A stretch of 64,000 bases of DNA from the human T2T-CHM13v2.0 reference genome, Homo sapiens, in assembly GCF_009914755.1 (NCBI RefSeq), contig NC_060928.1; one strand, written 5' to 3'. Under the pieces are notes generated by a model. That model saw nothing but the letters and a program-made list of their open reading frames with translations, made no database searches and was not told the origin of the DNA. Shown here piece after piece: positions 28,255-44,345 of the stretch (positions are counted from its first letter, which is position 1; each line of letters opens with the position of its first letter). The position numbers and the translations under genes were made by a program.

Positions 28255-29130
28255 TTTTTTTCAAAAGCTTTATTGAAATATAATTGACACACAATAAACT
28301 ACACATGGAAAATGGACAGCTAGGTAAGTTTTCATATATAGAGATATGGAACTGTGAAATCAACATGACAATCAAGGTAATGAATATATCTATCACCACC
28401 CAAAATTTCCTCATACAACTTTATACCCTCTCCCTCTCATCCCACTCCAAAGCTCTTCCCTAGGCAACCACTGATCTGCTTACAGTAGCTACATATTTCT
28501 CATCATTATCTAGAATGTATATATAAATGTAACCATCCAAACCCTTTTTTGTGGCTTCTTTCACTCAGCATAATTATTTTGAGATTCACCCATGTTGTTA
28601 CATTTATTAATACTCACTTTCATTACTGAGAAATATTCCCTCATATCGATATATCATATATGCCATTTGTGAATCAGGTTCTATAATTTCTGAATTTCAG
28701 AGATCCTCTTCATTTTATCTAAGTTGTAAAAACTATTAGGCATATAATCTTCATCATATTGCCTTATTATGTTTCAGTGTGTGAAGGGGTCTGTAGAGAT
28801 GCCTTCCCTCCTAAATTCATGATATTAATAATTTGTGTCTGTGTGTGTGTGTGAATTCCTTATGTACCTGTAGTTCTGAGATATTACTACACTTTCACAC
28901 TAGGTACATTGGCTTTTAGAAATTTGTTAAGTATTTTAGCTGAATTGTTTTCATTAACTTGTATGTTGTGAGAGGTTTGACCCACATAAGCAAGCATCCA
29001 CATTCTGTCTCTCCTTGGAATGCAAACTACTTGTTTCTAGGCCAGTTTCTTCTGTAACTTCAGCTCTCTGATGAATTCAAAAAAATTATTTTTTTTTAGA
29101 TTTAGCATTATTTTGTTATGTTCTTTATCA
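28255..29130 (-). mobile_element. Old L1M 3' UTR and internal fragments
   Basis: agctttattgaaatataattgacacacaataaactacacat; ccctaggcaaccactgatctgct; ttcactcagcataattattttgagattcacccatgttgt. Confidence 0.75.
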
Positions 29131-29499
29131 AAAGCAGGGACAGTGGGAGTAACTTCATGGTTTGTTGCACTTTATGAACTACAGTAAGAAATAATTGACA
29201 ACCACAGAGTTATACCCAAACAATGTTTAATTTTTAAAATAAAATCTCTTTGTAACAAGTTATCTTTCCTTTTCCCTCTTAATCTTCTCATCTGAACAAT
29301 GTAAATCAAATACTCATGAGTTTTGAGATGCAATAGTGGTCATGTAAGAGATTTTAGCCATATTAAAGATCCAAAGGCAGTGGAAAGCTATCAGAGACTT
29401 TTAAGCAGTACATGAAATGAATTGATGCTTTAAAAAAAAAAGTCAATTTGGCTTCTCCAAGAATGTATTCTAGGTTTAGTACTCATTAGGATGCATTGT

Positions 29500-29833
29500 A
29501 TTTATTTATTTATTTATTTATTTATTATTAATTAATTATTATTATAATTTGAGATGGAGTCATACTGCGTCACCCAGGCTGGAGTGCAGTAGCGCGATCT
29601 TGGCTCACTACAACCTCGCATCCCAGGTTTAAGCAATTCTCCTGCCTCAACCTCCCGAGTCATAGCTGGAATTACAGTTGCCCAGCACCGTGCCAGCAAC
29701 TTTTTGTATTTTTAGTAGAGACGGGGTTTCACCATGTTGGCTAGGCTGGTCTTGATTCCCTGACCTCAAGTGATCCTCCTGTCTTGGCCTCCCAAAGTGC
29801 TGGGATTACAGGCATGAGCCACCATACCTGGCC
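29500..29833 (-). mobile_element. AluS (Sx/Sz-like)
   Basis: Reverse Alu with (TTTA)n tail; TSD tcattaggatg(c/t)att on both sides. Confidence 0.93.
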
Positions 29834-31318
29834 TCATTAGGATGTATTTTAAAAATTCATAAAACAGTTAATCCTACCTTGGCAAAAGGATGACAGTGGC
29901 TACCAAGGACAGTGTATATATTTGAGTATAGTCGGAGGAAGGTAACTGTTAGGGAGAGAGAGTTTTCTCAGTTCTTCCAGTTTTTCTAGAGAAAACACTA
30001 CCACTGCATTTATTTTTCCATAGGGAAAATTATAGAGGGAATACTTCTTGCTTCTCACTTAATCATTTTCATACCTCTTTTTGGGTCTGTCAGCTAGAAA
30101 GCGAGAGGCCTCCTAATGTGTTTACTTCTTGTGCTAAGAGGCCTGTCTTGGAAATCAAGTATATGATTCATCCACAGTGACTGGGTGGTAAGCCTTATTC
30201 AATGGTGAAGTATTTGTAAGCTCATTTTGCACACAATTTTAAATCAAATAATTGAGTCAAGCTTTTCTTTTTCAGAAAATACACAAATTTTTATATTGCA
30301 TCTCTCTTTTTAATAAGCTCCTAACTCAGTATGGGACAACGAATATTATTTAGGGATCCTGACACTCCCAATAGTCATGATGCAGTTTGGGATATATGAA
30401 ACTTCAAATTATCCATGATATCCAATTAGAGATGAAAAGTTGACAAGGGTACATACTGATTTGGAAATTAGAAGACAGTCCTAGGTTTAAACCATAAATA
30501 TGGGATTTGTTAAAGGAAGAAGAACACATGAATTCATTTAGTGATTTTATGCATAGTGAAAATAGAATAGAAACCAGGACTGATGCCTGAAGACTCCAAA
30601 GTTTAAGGTCAAGAAGAGAGGGAGAAGAAACATCTCAAATCATAAAAAGAAATCTGTTAAAGTATGCGTAGAGGTCACAGAAGATACAGATAACATGTTT
30701 TCATTGTGTCTTCCAATATAAACATCACTTGCATAAATACAAAGCCCAATGTATATTTTTAAGCATTAATTAGTAATTGTTCTACCCTCTCACTGAAAGT
30801 CATTGGAGTTGTATGCAATAAAAGACATCAATATAACAAAAGAAATGCCACATCAAGTTAGAAGAAACAGAGCCAAATAGCAAACTACTTGGACTCTATT
30901 AAAAATATTAATACCCTACTACTTTGTAAGAATTGGGATTTTAAAATCAATTCGTTTATGCAGAAATTTTTGGATTAAAATTATGGTCAGCTAAGAAAAT
31001 GAGGAAGCAAACTTATTTTTGAAAAGAAAGTATTTTGTAGTATAATAATATAAAAGGGTTATTTTTTTCTGTCTTTATACTAGAACAATTATACTAAAAA
31101 ACATAAGATAGTGTAATTTAATATATGACATGAAAACAAATAAATATATAATTATGGAGCATTTTTACGATTGAGATAATTAATACAATAAAAGCTATAT
31201 ATGCAAACAGATATATTTGTGTGTTGTAGTTACCAATGAATTTTCAATACAGCTATTGAGTTATCAAAATATCTTTTGTATCCCTGAAATAGTTTAGTTT
31301 TAACTGACTTTTTACCCA

Positions 31319-33968
<2,650 letters not shown>

Positions 33969-35879
33969 ACTTATATTCTATCATGTATCCATCAAGTACT
34001 TATGGTTATTGCACCATTTTCCTATACTATCTATTGCATACAATAAACATATCTTAATAATTTTATATATATTTATATTCATAATGACTAACAGCTGCCT
34101 TGCCTACTTGGTTTATTAGCATATTCACATTAAATTCTTTTGGATCAAACTGCCACATTAGCAGTGAACTTTTCTACCAGGCTGCCTTCCTAGAATTGTC
34201 TCATTATCCCTAGAGTTTACACAATTTGAGTTCAGTCCAATTTCTACACACTAGGGAGAGAGAGGAAAAAAAAATCTTGAATTATATTGAAAATATTTGC
34301 AGCAGGTGTTTAATTCTTTTACTCAACACCCATTACAATATATCTCTACCTTACCTTTTGTATAGCAGTGTCCAGAAAACTAAAAAAAAAAAAAAAAAAG
34401 TCTTTAACTTGTGCTAAGTGCAGAAATGTCATTTTAAATTTCTGGCAATGCAATCATGCAAGAAAAAAGCAAGAAAGAATAAAGTTGAAGAGTCTCTTCC
34501 TTCTGTGTGGCTTTTAATAACAAACTATGGGGTTTTGTATTGGAATTTTAAAGGTTACCTTATTTATACAAAAAATCTGAGGTCTACATTACAATTACCC
34601 AAGGAAGCATAATGAAACTAACCGTTTCTGAAAAGAAGCTCTTTTATAATAAAGTAGTAGAAAATAATGGGTGATGAAAGGGGTTGGATAGCAATGGTGA
34701 AGTTTTAGTGTGCTGGCCTTAGTTTCCCAGCTGTTGAGCTGCCAGAAGCAGTGGCAGTTGCATTTTTATTAGAGTAGTACAATGGTGTTTCAGAAATCTT
34801 TTCAAGCTCTTTTGGCAAGGTTTTGTGGTCATTTTGAAGACTCTGCAATTTATGCAATGTCCCATATAAGAATATTTTCTAAATAAAGCGGAGTCTCTGG
34901 TATCTGAATCTAAAAACAGTAAGCAGTATGGTTATTGGTACCATTATTAAAAGCAAGGTATTTGTTCATTATTAAGGACAAGAAAGGAAGGCAAGAAAGG
35001 TGGACTACGCTGTCTGAAGCTAACAATGCTGGGAAGCTCAGAGAAAGATACTGACAGCCCCAAGGTGTTATACCTTCAGGCAAACTCAGGGTCAGGAAAC
35101 TAGGGAGCTCTTTTCTTTTTGTAGCCACAGGATTTACATACTTAAAAACTGGATTCATAGTTTTACCCTGAACCTTCCTGAAATACAAGATACATTGAAT
35201 TTAAAGCCTCATCAAATCTCCTATATAAAAAATAAAGACATTGTTTGGGATAGAGGAGAATTTCAAAATTCAAAATGGACCCACTTGGCATAGTTGAAGC
35301 AAATCTATTCTCAGGTGACTTTGTGTGTCTAATCAAACACATAGCTATGATATTCTTGGGAGAATTATATTTAAAGTTATGCCTCACTCAGAAAGCTAGT
35401 ACATAAAATATAAAATAAAAATGTATCTTTACAATTATACCTCTGTGCTTCCTAATTTTATTGCTTTGAGGTCTTTTTACCCATAATATTAACGAGAGTA
35501 CATTTATATGATAATATTTTACCCTGAAACCTATACATTTAATTACATAAACTATAATTTTACTTCAGTTTCAAAATTTATTTCAGATGTTAAAATGACA
35601 TATTAACACAGGGATATGTGAGTAATAAAATAAGCATCCAGAATGCAAAGTCAATATCAGTGCTTCATTAATTAATCTACAAGAATGCAAGAATTAGGTT
35701 TTAAATCAGAGCTTTTTACTTATATATAGTTATAATAAAACAAATGGAAGTAGTAAGATTATTTCATATATAAACTCTAATTCAACCAAAGTGTTTCTTC
35801 ATCCAGAGGCATGAACATTGATTGGGAATAAGGATGGCATAAATATACTTGAGAAACTCAGTTATATTTTATACTACTG

Positions 35880-36505
35880 CAATCACCTCTTGCTTGCCAA
35901 GCATTAACTCTTAGTCCTTTCATCTACTTTCCAGAAGTACACACCAGAGTGTCCTTTTCAAACATAATTTTAATTATGTCACTTCCATGGTTAATGTTCG
36001 TCAATAATTTCCAATTGTTCTTAAGACAACAACTACATTCTTCCTATGGCCTATAAGGTCTTGCGTGGTCTGATTCCTGCTTACCTATCTAGACTCATCT
36101 CTCACTGTTTTTCTTCTTGCTGTAAACTACCGCTGTGCTCCAGTACAATAGGTCCCAACCCCCATGGGGACTTTGTGTAGTGATTTCCTGAAACAATTCC
36201 CACTCTCTCCTCAACTTAGGTAACCTATATTCACCCTTCATTTTCTCAGAAAAGCTGTCCCTTGACTTTTGGACTAATTTATATTTCTTTTTTACTTGCA
36301 CTCATAGCATCACGTGTTTTGCTTTGATGACTTATTTTTTATCTGTAATGTTTGATAAAGTCTCTCCTATTATACTCTGAGTTCCATGAATGTAAAAATT
36401 TATCCTATCTTTGTATTATTATTGTTAATGATTACAAAGTAAATGTCCATAATTAGAACTGTGCAGAGTTGGTACTTATTTAATGCATTTTGCATAAAGA
36501 AATGA
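35880..36505 (+). mobile_element. L2 3' region
   Basis: ccagagtgtccttttcaaacataattttaattatgtcacttcc; ttcctatggcctataaggtcttgcgtggtctgattcctgcttacct; ctctgagttccatgaatgtaa. Confidence 0.7.
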
Positions 36506-36813
36506 TTTCTATTACCATTTTATGTATATATTTTAACAATAATAAAATACTTTTTTCTATTTATTTAGTGCATACAGTGTAGTTTGCTCATACAGATGTG
36601 GTCCCATGAAAAGGTTATGCCCAGATATTGTTCTCATGTGTCCTACCTACTACCTTTGTAGCTCCTAGAAAAGGTTAAGCTCAAATGCAGTTGCTGTTAT
36701 CCAGCGTGTTCATTTATAGATACAATTCAAGATCAAGATCACTCAATGGAATGCAATTAATGAGAGTATCTTGTGGAACTAATGTAAAGAAATGCTCACT
36801 GATGGGGTAACAG

Positions 36814-37134
36814 TAAAGTCATCCCACGATATTCTCAGGAAACTGATTCCAGAACTCCCCTCAGATTCCAAAATCTACAGATGCTCAAGTCCCTTATATA
36901 AAGTGGCAAAGTATTTGCATATAACATATGCACATCTTTCTGTATACTTTAAATTATCTCTAGATTACTTTACATAATACAACGTAAATTATATGTAAAG
37001 AGTTGCTATACTGTATCATTTTTTATTTCTATTGTTTAGTATTATTTACATATTTATTCATTTTTGACTACTTTAGAGCTGCAGTTGGTTGAATCCACTG
37101 ATGTGGAACCTGTGGATATGTAAGGCTGACTATA
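36814..37134. mobile_element. MER2 (TcMar-Tigger non-autonomous) element
   Basis: ccaaaatctacagatgctcaagtcccttatataaagtggc...gtatactttaaattatctctagattactt...gcagttggttgaatccactgatgtggaacctgtggatatgtaaggctgacta. Confidence 0.85.
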
Positions 37135-37865
37135 GGTAGAAAAGAAAGTAAATAAATTCATTTTTTTGAAACTAAATAGCAATCAATAAGAAGAGAAAAT
37201 AAATTCAGCTTATTATTTGATAAATATTTATTCAGCTCTTAGTATGTTATTTGTATCCAGGATCTAGTGGTAAAGAAGACAATTTGGGTCTAATACAAAG
37301 TTTAGCTTATTTTCTATACTGAAAACTTGTACCAAATTTATGAAAATAAGCCAAAATTGATATGGATTCTTAGTGTAGATTAAAAGTTAAATCAGTAAAA
37401 AATGTTCAGCAGATTGCAGGTAAAGATCTAAATGGAATTAAATGTATTTCTATTATAAGTAAGATGAACAAAAGCATGTAAATAATTATTTAAGAATCAT
37501 ATTTGTGTTTGTGGGAAGAACAAATAATAAAAAATACAAAGATCAGAGTAAAGAAAATCCATAAGAGGACTACCTTGGAAATTAAGATGGTCAGAAATAG
37601 AACAAAGAACGTGGGCAACAAGCAAAGAAATGACAAGGTAAGTTTTATATCCACGGATACCAAAGGTTCAGTAAAAGAGTTGTAGGTTAATAAACGATGT
37701 GTAGTACCCGAAAATGAAGAAAGATTAAAAATTATTTGACAGGTTAAACTACAATTATTTGAAATGTTAAAACATATACACTCTCCATAATGTATCCTCA
37801 AGTCAGATTGCTATGGATAAGAACAAACAAGGAAAAGCGGCAAATTTAAAAAATTAAAAATAAAA

Positions 37866-37920
37866 ATGAGACTTGAGCATCTGTGGATTTTGGAATCCAA
37901 GGGGTGTTCTGGAAATAAAT
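37866..37920. mobile_element. Short MER2/Tigger-type fragment, inverted relative to the 36814 copy
   Basis: gacttgagcatctgtggattttggaatccaaggggtgttctggaat is close to the reverse complement of 36846-36891. Confidence 0.7.
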
Positions 37921-39364
37921 ATGGCCAATAAATTAGAGGTAATGATTTAGATCCCATAATTCTAACACAGAGAGAAAGCCAAATGATACAACTGTAAAAG
38001 AAAGACAAAATCTAGGAAATCATTGAGACTTACCCTCATAAATCTACATGTGGGAGTCAGTATTAAAAATTATTATTTAATAGCTTCTGTGCTCATGTTA
38101 CTAAAATGAGACAGATTTGAGAAGAGGAGAATAGGAAATTTAGTTAAAGGTACTCCTATATCTTTCAAGCTTTGTTGCAGAGAACAGAATCCTTTTTAGC
38201 TAGTATAGCACAATGGCATTTTATAAGAATGGCTATCTTACATAATTTCTAGGACATAGAATCAAACTTATATACTATACAGTCAGGGACAAATGAAGCT
38301 GTGTGAAACACTTAACTGTATGCAGAAACAATTGCTAAAGATGCTGCCACTCGCTAGAGACCAGTAACCGGTTCTTTGTCACAGATGCCTAAGAAGAAAA
38401 GCCACTCGACAAAGTTCTGTCTGGAAACAGATACCACTTCACGTTGCTCTGCTTTGTCAAAATATCATACTGCAGACTAACTGCAAATAAATCTGGCAAA
38501 TGTAGTTTTTGGCTTTCCAGCATTCATGGTACCAGAAGACATGCTAGAGGAGATTGGAATAGGTGTGGAGAGCCAAACTGTTGTATTTACTGCAACCTGG
38601 CATTCACTGGCTCTATTCATCAGGATCCCAACATTATAAAAGGAATGTAATATGAGATATATTATGACAGGCATTCTAAAAAAGCTCTGGGGATAGAACT
38701 CTAAGGTAAGTAGAGGTTAGCTAAGCAGGACCATAATAGATATGCTTTTAATTATTAGTTTCTCCAAATGGCTGTAGAAAGTAGGGAGGTTAGGAGTGGT
38801 GGGCAGGATGGAATATAAAACTGGTATATTTAAACGATAGATGATTATGGTGATCTCAGAATACAAACTGTCAAAAAGTAGTTTAAAAAATATTTGGCCT
38901 ATGAACACGAGCTATAGTGTGGCTAAATGCGTAAGATTTTGGTTAAAAAACAATATGCAGATCAGTTAACCTCAAGAGGGTTGTGAAGGCAAAGCTCACA
39001 GGGCGTTTATTACCTCACTGAGGTTTTTAATTAACATGAATCAGCAAATTCTATTTGGAATGAAAACCTCGGAAGACAATAATTCAAGAAGATACAAAGG
39101 ACACAGAGTTTGTGAATTCGGTTGGTAGATGCCAATTTAAATTTAAGTTTGAGAAGGCAGGATTGATTGTATTTAGGAGGAAAATCATCTGAATAGATGC
39201 TGGAGATCAGTCAAGGTAATAGATTCAGCTTAGTTTGTTAATTATATATCATGAGGTGCTAGAATAGGTTAAAAACTTTAAGTTCATTAATCATTACAGA
39301 AATACCTCTTGAGAAGACAGGAATAATCCCAAGGGAACATCGAGATGTGGTTATCTTACATTCT

Positions 39365-39725
39365 TGTGTTAGTCTGTTTGGGCTGCTATAACAAAATTCC
39401 CAGGCTTGGTAGCTTATAAACAACAGAAAATTATTTCTCACATTTATGGAGGCAGATAAATCCAAGATTATGGCACCGGCAGATTCCGTATCTAGTGAAC
39501 GGCCATTTCCTTGTTCGTAGATGGCAACTTCTAACTGTGTCCTCAGATGACGGAAGAGGCAAGGCAGCTCACTTGGGCCTCTTTTATAAGGGAACTAATT
39601 CCATTCATGAGGACTGTACCTTTATTACCTAATCGCTTCCCAAGGCCTCACCTCCTAATAGCATCATGTTGGGGGTTAGGATTTCCCCATAAGAATTTTG
39701 GAGTGACAACTTTCAGACCCTAGCA
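39365..39725 (-). mobile_element. MLT1A-like solo LTR
   Basis: tgtgttagtctgtttgggctgctataacaaaa...gggcctcttttataagggaactaattccattcatgagg...tttcagaccctagca. Confidence 0.88.
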
Positions 39726-40049
39726 AAGACATAACATAGGCTGCAGGTGAGTCCCAATGAGATTTGAGGTTTCTGAAGTGCACCAAGAAACTGCAGATAA
39801 CACATTCTATTCCAGAAAGTAATGGTAGATATTAACTTACTGAGAGATAACAAATTATGTTTCTGCAATGTTCACATGTTTTAGAAAGGCTAGTTCACAA
39901 ACCTAATGTTTCTTGGAGTCTTGGAGTCTTACTAATTTTATGTAGCCCATTATAAGCTACAAATTCAAATTGTTGTCATAATAGCAGTTTACACAGATAT
40001 GATAACAGAAGGGACTCTTGAAAAACTATAATTATCTTAATTATAGCAA

Positions 40050-40475
40050 ATTGATTCATTTCTTCAAGAAATATTTAATGATTGCCACATTCTAGGCACT
40101 GTGTTACAACAGTAAGAAAAAAAAATATCTCTGATCTTTTAAAACTTTTAATCTGGAGCTCCAAGACAGATGGCTTTATGTGCTATGAAGAAAAATAAGA
40201 CAGGATAAGGGAGATCGAGATTGGAGTGATGAGAAGGGGATTTATATTCCATATAGAGCATTCAGTCAAAGTCTCAGGAACATTGTAGTAGGAACCTAAA
40301 AGATGGAGTAAGATGTGGTTGTTTAAGAGATGAGAATTCTAATTAGAATAAAAATCAGGGTAAATGACTTGTGACAGAAGCATGATTTTTATAATCAGTA
40401 AGAAAGGATGTTTATCTGCCTGGAATGGAGTATAAAAGGAGAGAAGAGAAGTGAAGTCAAGAGCTAGAAGGCCAG
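40050..40475 (-). mobile_element. L2 3' end fragment
   Basis: attcatttcttcaagaaatatttaatgattgccacattctaggcactgtgtt; gtgctatgaagaaaaataagacaggataagggag. Confidence 0.65.
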
Positions 40476-43290
40476 TTCAAAATGTGCTGTCCATGGGAAC
40501 AGAGTTCTGAAATGAGTTCTAATTTTATCATACATATACTTCTTTTTAGAACAATTTTTTCTTAAATGTCTGACATATAACAGAAATGTAGAAATTTGTA
40601 AAAATTGCTTTTAGATTTGTAATAGTTAATGAAAGTATTAAATGTATTAAATAAGGTCTAAAAATTGTTTTGCTTGTTTTTTTAAAGAGTGATAACATAT
40701 TAACTTACTCAAATATCAAATGTAAAGTATTTAAAAAAGCTTGACACTAATGGGGAATGGAAAATTCCCATAAAATGAAAAAAAAAAAAACTAGTACTAC
40801 TACAACATTTGATATTGATTTAGTAACATTATATATTGTGTTAAATATTGGCCATATGATAAAAATAAGCACAGTATGCCTTACAAGTATGTAAAGTCTT
40901 TTATATGCAATACCACAATAACAAAATATGAATAATAGTAGTCAGAATGGGATAGGACCAAATTTTGGTTTCTGTTGAAAATATGGTGTCTGTGGGAGCA
41001 GAGTTCTGAAACAAGTTCTAATTTTAACATACATCCCATTTTCAGCAGGAGAGCACTAACTGTACTTCATCCTCTATTTTCTACTGTGCAAATATGCCTT
41101 TTACTTTGAACGCTTGTCCATCAAGGTGGAATATAATCTGCCTCGCTCAGACACCCGCCATTTACAATGTGCTTTCATTTACAATGTTCCAAAGGGGTTC
41201 TTTTTAAAGCAAATGTTTGCTGAAGGCTAGCATTCATGTAGAAAAGTTCACAAATTCCAAGTCTAAAGACTTCATGCATTTTTGCAAAGTGAACCTATCA
41301 TGTAACTGCTACTATCATAAAGATAGTGAGTAGGTGGTCACTGAAGCGTGTGGCCTGGAATTTAGAATTTGATGAAACACGGTACAAGCAAGAAGGGGGC
41401 TCTGTGGTAAGCATCACAGAACCTGAAAGAACACCAAGATCACAGAACTTATTCGCCTCTTGAAAACATTTTAGAGAGTAAAACACATAATATCACTAGT
41501 ATACCAGGTATAAACAATAAAATAGAGGTAAAGTATCCAAGATCCTTAGAATTTGATAGAAGTGGTTAAAATAGTTCTTAAGAAAACATAATAAAACAAT
41601 GTAATATCTAAAAGAACAAATTTTTGAAAAGTGTAAGGCAAACCTTTCTCTTATTTTCTCCACATTACTATTACTGCATAAAATGGGATTTTTAAAAATA
41701 ACTTTCCTACTTTGGGACAGTACCTGTGAAGCCTAATCATTCCTTCACACAGGAAAATAAGCAACATTTCAGGAGAGATTAGGGAGCTTATTATGCATTA
41801 AGTTATTTTATTCTGGAGGTGAGGCTTCAAAAAGCAACCTGATGGACCATTGGCATGCTACAGAGTAATAGGTTGTGAGTTCCCAAAGATAAAGACTTTC
41901 TGCCAGTATGAACTAATTTAATTTATTTTCAGGGGAGAATACATATTTGTTTGAGACAGAAGGCTTAAGTCTTGTATAGGTTAAAGTTAAATATGAATAA
42001 AGTGCTTGAAGCCTCCACATGCTAACAAGTAGAAAAATGTATAGAGTAACTACAGAGACTTGGAAAAAAAATAAAATGTAAGCCCAATGAGTCTCAGTTT
42101 TTTTTTTCTCAAAAGGCTCAATAATCCATACCTCATCTAACTATTTTTATCTTACAATTGTGCGTTTGACATTCTCTTTGACATATCAACTAAACTGACT
42201 CCATTCTTGTATTCCTCTGTCTTTTTCACCCAAACTTTTTTTCTGTTTCTATCTGAAATTCCTACTTTATTATCAAAAATGCATCCCACCTTCAATTTCT
42301 TTAATGATTATTTCCTGCTTCTTCCATTCTTAGGAGAAACTAGCTTCCCCTGCAGTACTATCAGGTAGCAACTGATCTTTCTCTAATAGTTTGTACACTG
42401 CACTGTGTAGAAGTGGAACTCTTGTCTTCCTCACTCTGAGTCTCTGCTGAACAAGTAAGATTCTGCTAACTTATAAACAGTCAAAATAAACAACAAAACC
42501 AACAAATATGCACATGCACACATACAACTCAAACTTCTTTCTTGAGTTTTGTCTACTACAATAGTCTAATTTTGACTATTATTTACAAATATCCTGATTG
42601 TGCCTCCTCATTTGCTGAAACAATTGGATCCTGTTGAGTCATGCAGTTGCTTTGGCCCACACAACACGTTGAACTCAGTTTGCCGAGGTCTCATCATCTT
42701 CAAACATCCCCTCTACTTCACTCTAACTTTTCTCCATAGCTACAATGTGATATTTACCTTAATCTGCTCTACTTTTCAGTAATTTGAAATCCTATTCTGT
42801 GAATGAATTTCCATTTCTTCCACTTTACTCATTAAATACTCTCATCTAAAAACCTCATGTGTACCTCTAATATGCACACATTTCTGTTTATTTGCTGACA
42901 ACCCTTAAAATTTTGATTTCATGAGCCAAGCTTTCTCATTATTCTCTTGCCATTATTTTAATCCCCTTGATTCTTAGTCTCTCTATTATATTTATCCATA
43001 AAAACTATAGTTGAAGACAAATCAAACTTTTTTTTTTACATTTTCTCTGCTCCATGGACATAATCATAAAACAGGGATGCCTGGTTTTAGTATAAATTCA
43101 TGGTCACCAAACTCAAATCACCACTTAAAGCTGCCAAGCGCCTTTATTTAGTTCCCTTTTCCCATATCCTAAAGAAAACTATTTCAAACTTTCACTCCTC
43201 TCAGATCTCTGAGTACCCCCCCACATCTCATCCATGGTCTTCAACAAATAACTTTGTATCCTAAAAGAAAAAAAAAAGTAAAAGAAGAAT

Positions 43291-43392
43291 GGAAGGAAGG
43301 AAGGAAGGAAGGAAGGAAGGAAGGAAGGAAGGAAGGAAGGAAGGAAGGAAGGAAGGAAGGAAGCAGGCAGGCAGGCAGGCAGGCAGGCAGGC
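43291..43392 (+). repeat. Compound microsatellite (GGAA)n(GGCA)n
   Basis: Seen directly; about 18 GGAA units followed by GCAG units. Confidence 0.97.
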
Positions 43393-44119
43393 CCAGAGCT
43401 TATTCAATTTCTAACAAAAGTATTTACAAATATTTTTGCTTGGAAAATCATAGTTTATTCTCTTATACTAAAACACAGCACTTTTTTCCTCTGCTGAGAT
43501 CAATCCCTTCACCTATTTTTTACCTTTTATGTATGCACATTATATTCTAATGGTCTCTCATACTTCTACGTTCTCATCCTATTCCTTTGTACTAATATCT
43601 TTCCATCAATATGATCAGATCACCATGTCTAATGGCACTGCCCAGACCTCACTAGTATCTCTTTTGTTTTACAATGAATATTTTGAAAGTATGGCTCTTA
43701 TTATCTATTTCTATTTCTTATTATTTTACTCATTTCTCAACTGACTGCAACTTCCAGCCGTCCATATGACGAAAACTGCACTTGCTAAGTCACACATGGA
43801 ATCCATGTCTCCAAAACAAATAGGTGTTTTTCTAACCACCAAATTGGTCACTTTGGAGGTATTTTACTTACCCCTTTGTTTCTGAGACACTAATTATTTC
43901 TGGCATTTCTTCTATACATCTGTTTGCTTCCTTTCAGGCTTTTTTTTTTTTTTGTCAGTTTCTCTTTTTTTCCCCTCTGCTTCTTGATACTTTACTCACC
44001 CCATACTGTACTTTTAGTCAATCCCACACATCCAAACTTATAACCTGCATATTTGTGACTCTCAATTCTGTGCTTTAGTTATAGCCATCTGTTTGTACTT
44101 CCAAATCTATACACAATAT

Positions 44120-44345
44120 TAAAAATACCTTGCACGTTGTATATGTCAAGCACTGTTTACAGTAATTTGCATATATTTTCACAGTATCCAATGAGGTAGG
44201 TATATGGAGTATTCTCATTATTATATATAGATAATAAAACGGAAACAAAGAATACAAATAACTTACTCAAGTGTACACAAGTTGTGGGAATGAAATTTAG
44301 ATAATCCAGTTAGTCTCCAGCCTATGTTCACGACTACCACACTAC
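44120..44345 (-). mobile_element. MIR SINE
   Basis: atgaggtaggtat...attctcatt...atagataataaaacggaaac...aacttactcaagtgtacacaag matches the reversed MIR core. Confidence 0.65.

Noticed and set aside
34620-34915. Possible ancient LTR-like segment
   Set aside because: Could not assign a family or termini by eye.
36569-36673. Possible 105-nt + strand exon (tttatttAG ... AAG|GTTAAG)
   Set aside because: Weak donor, no supporting frame; too uncertain to list as a feature.
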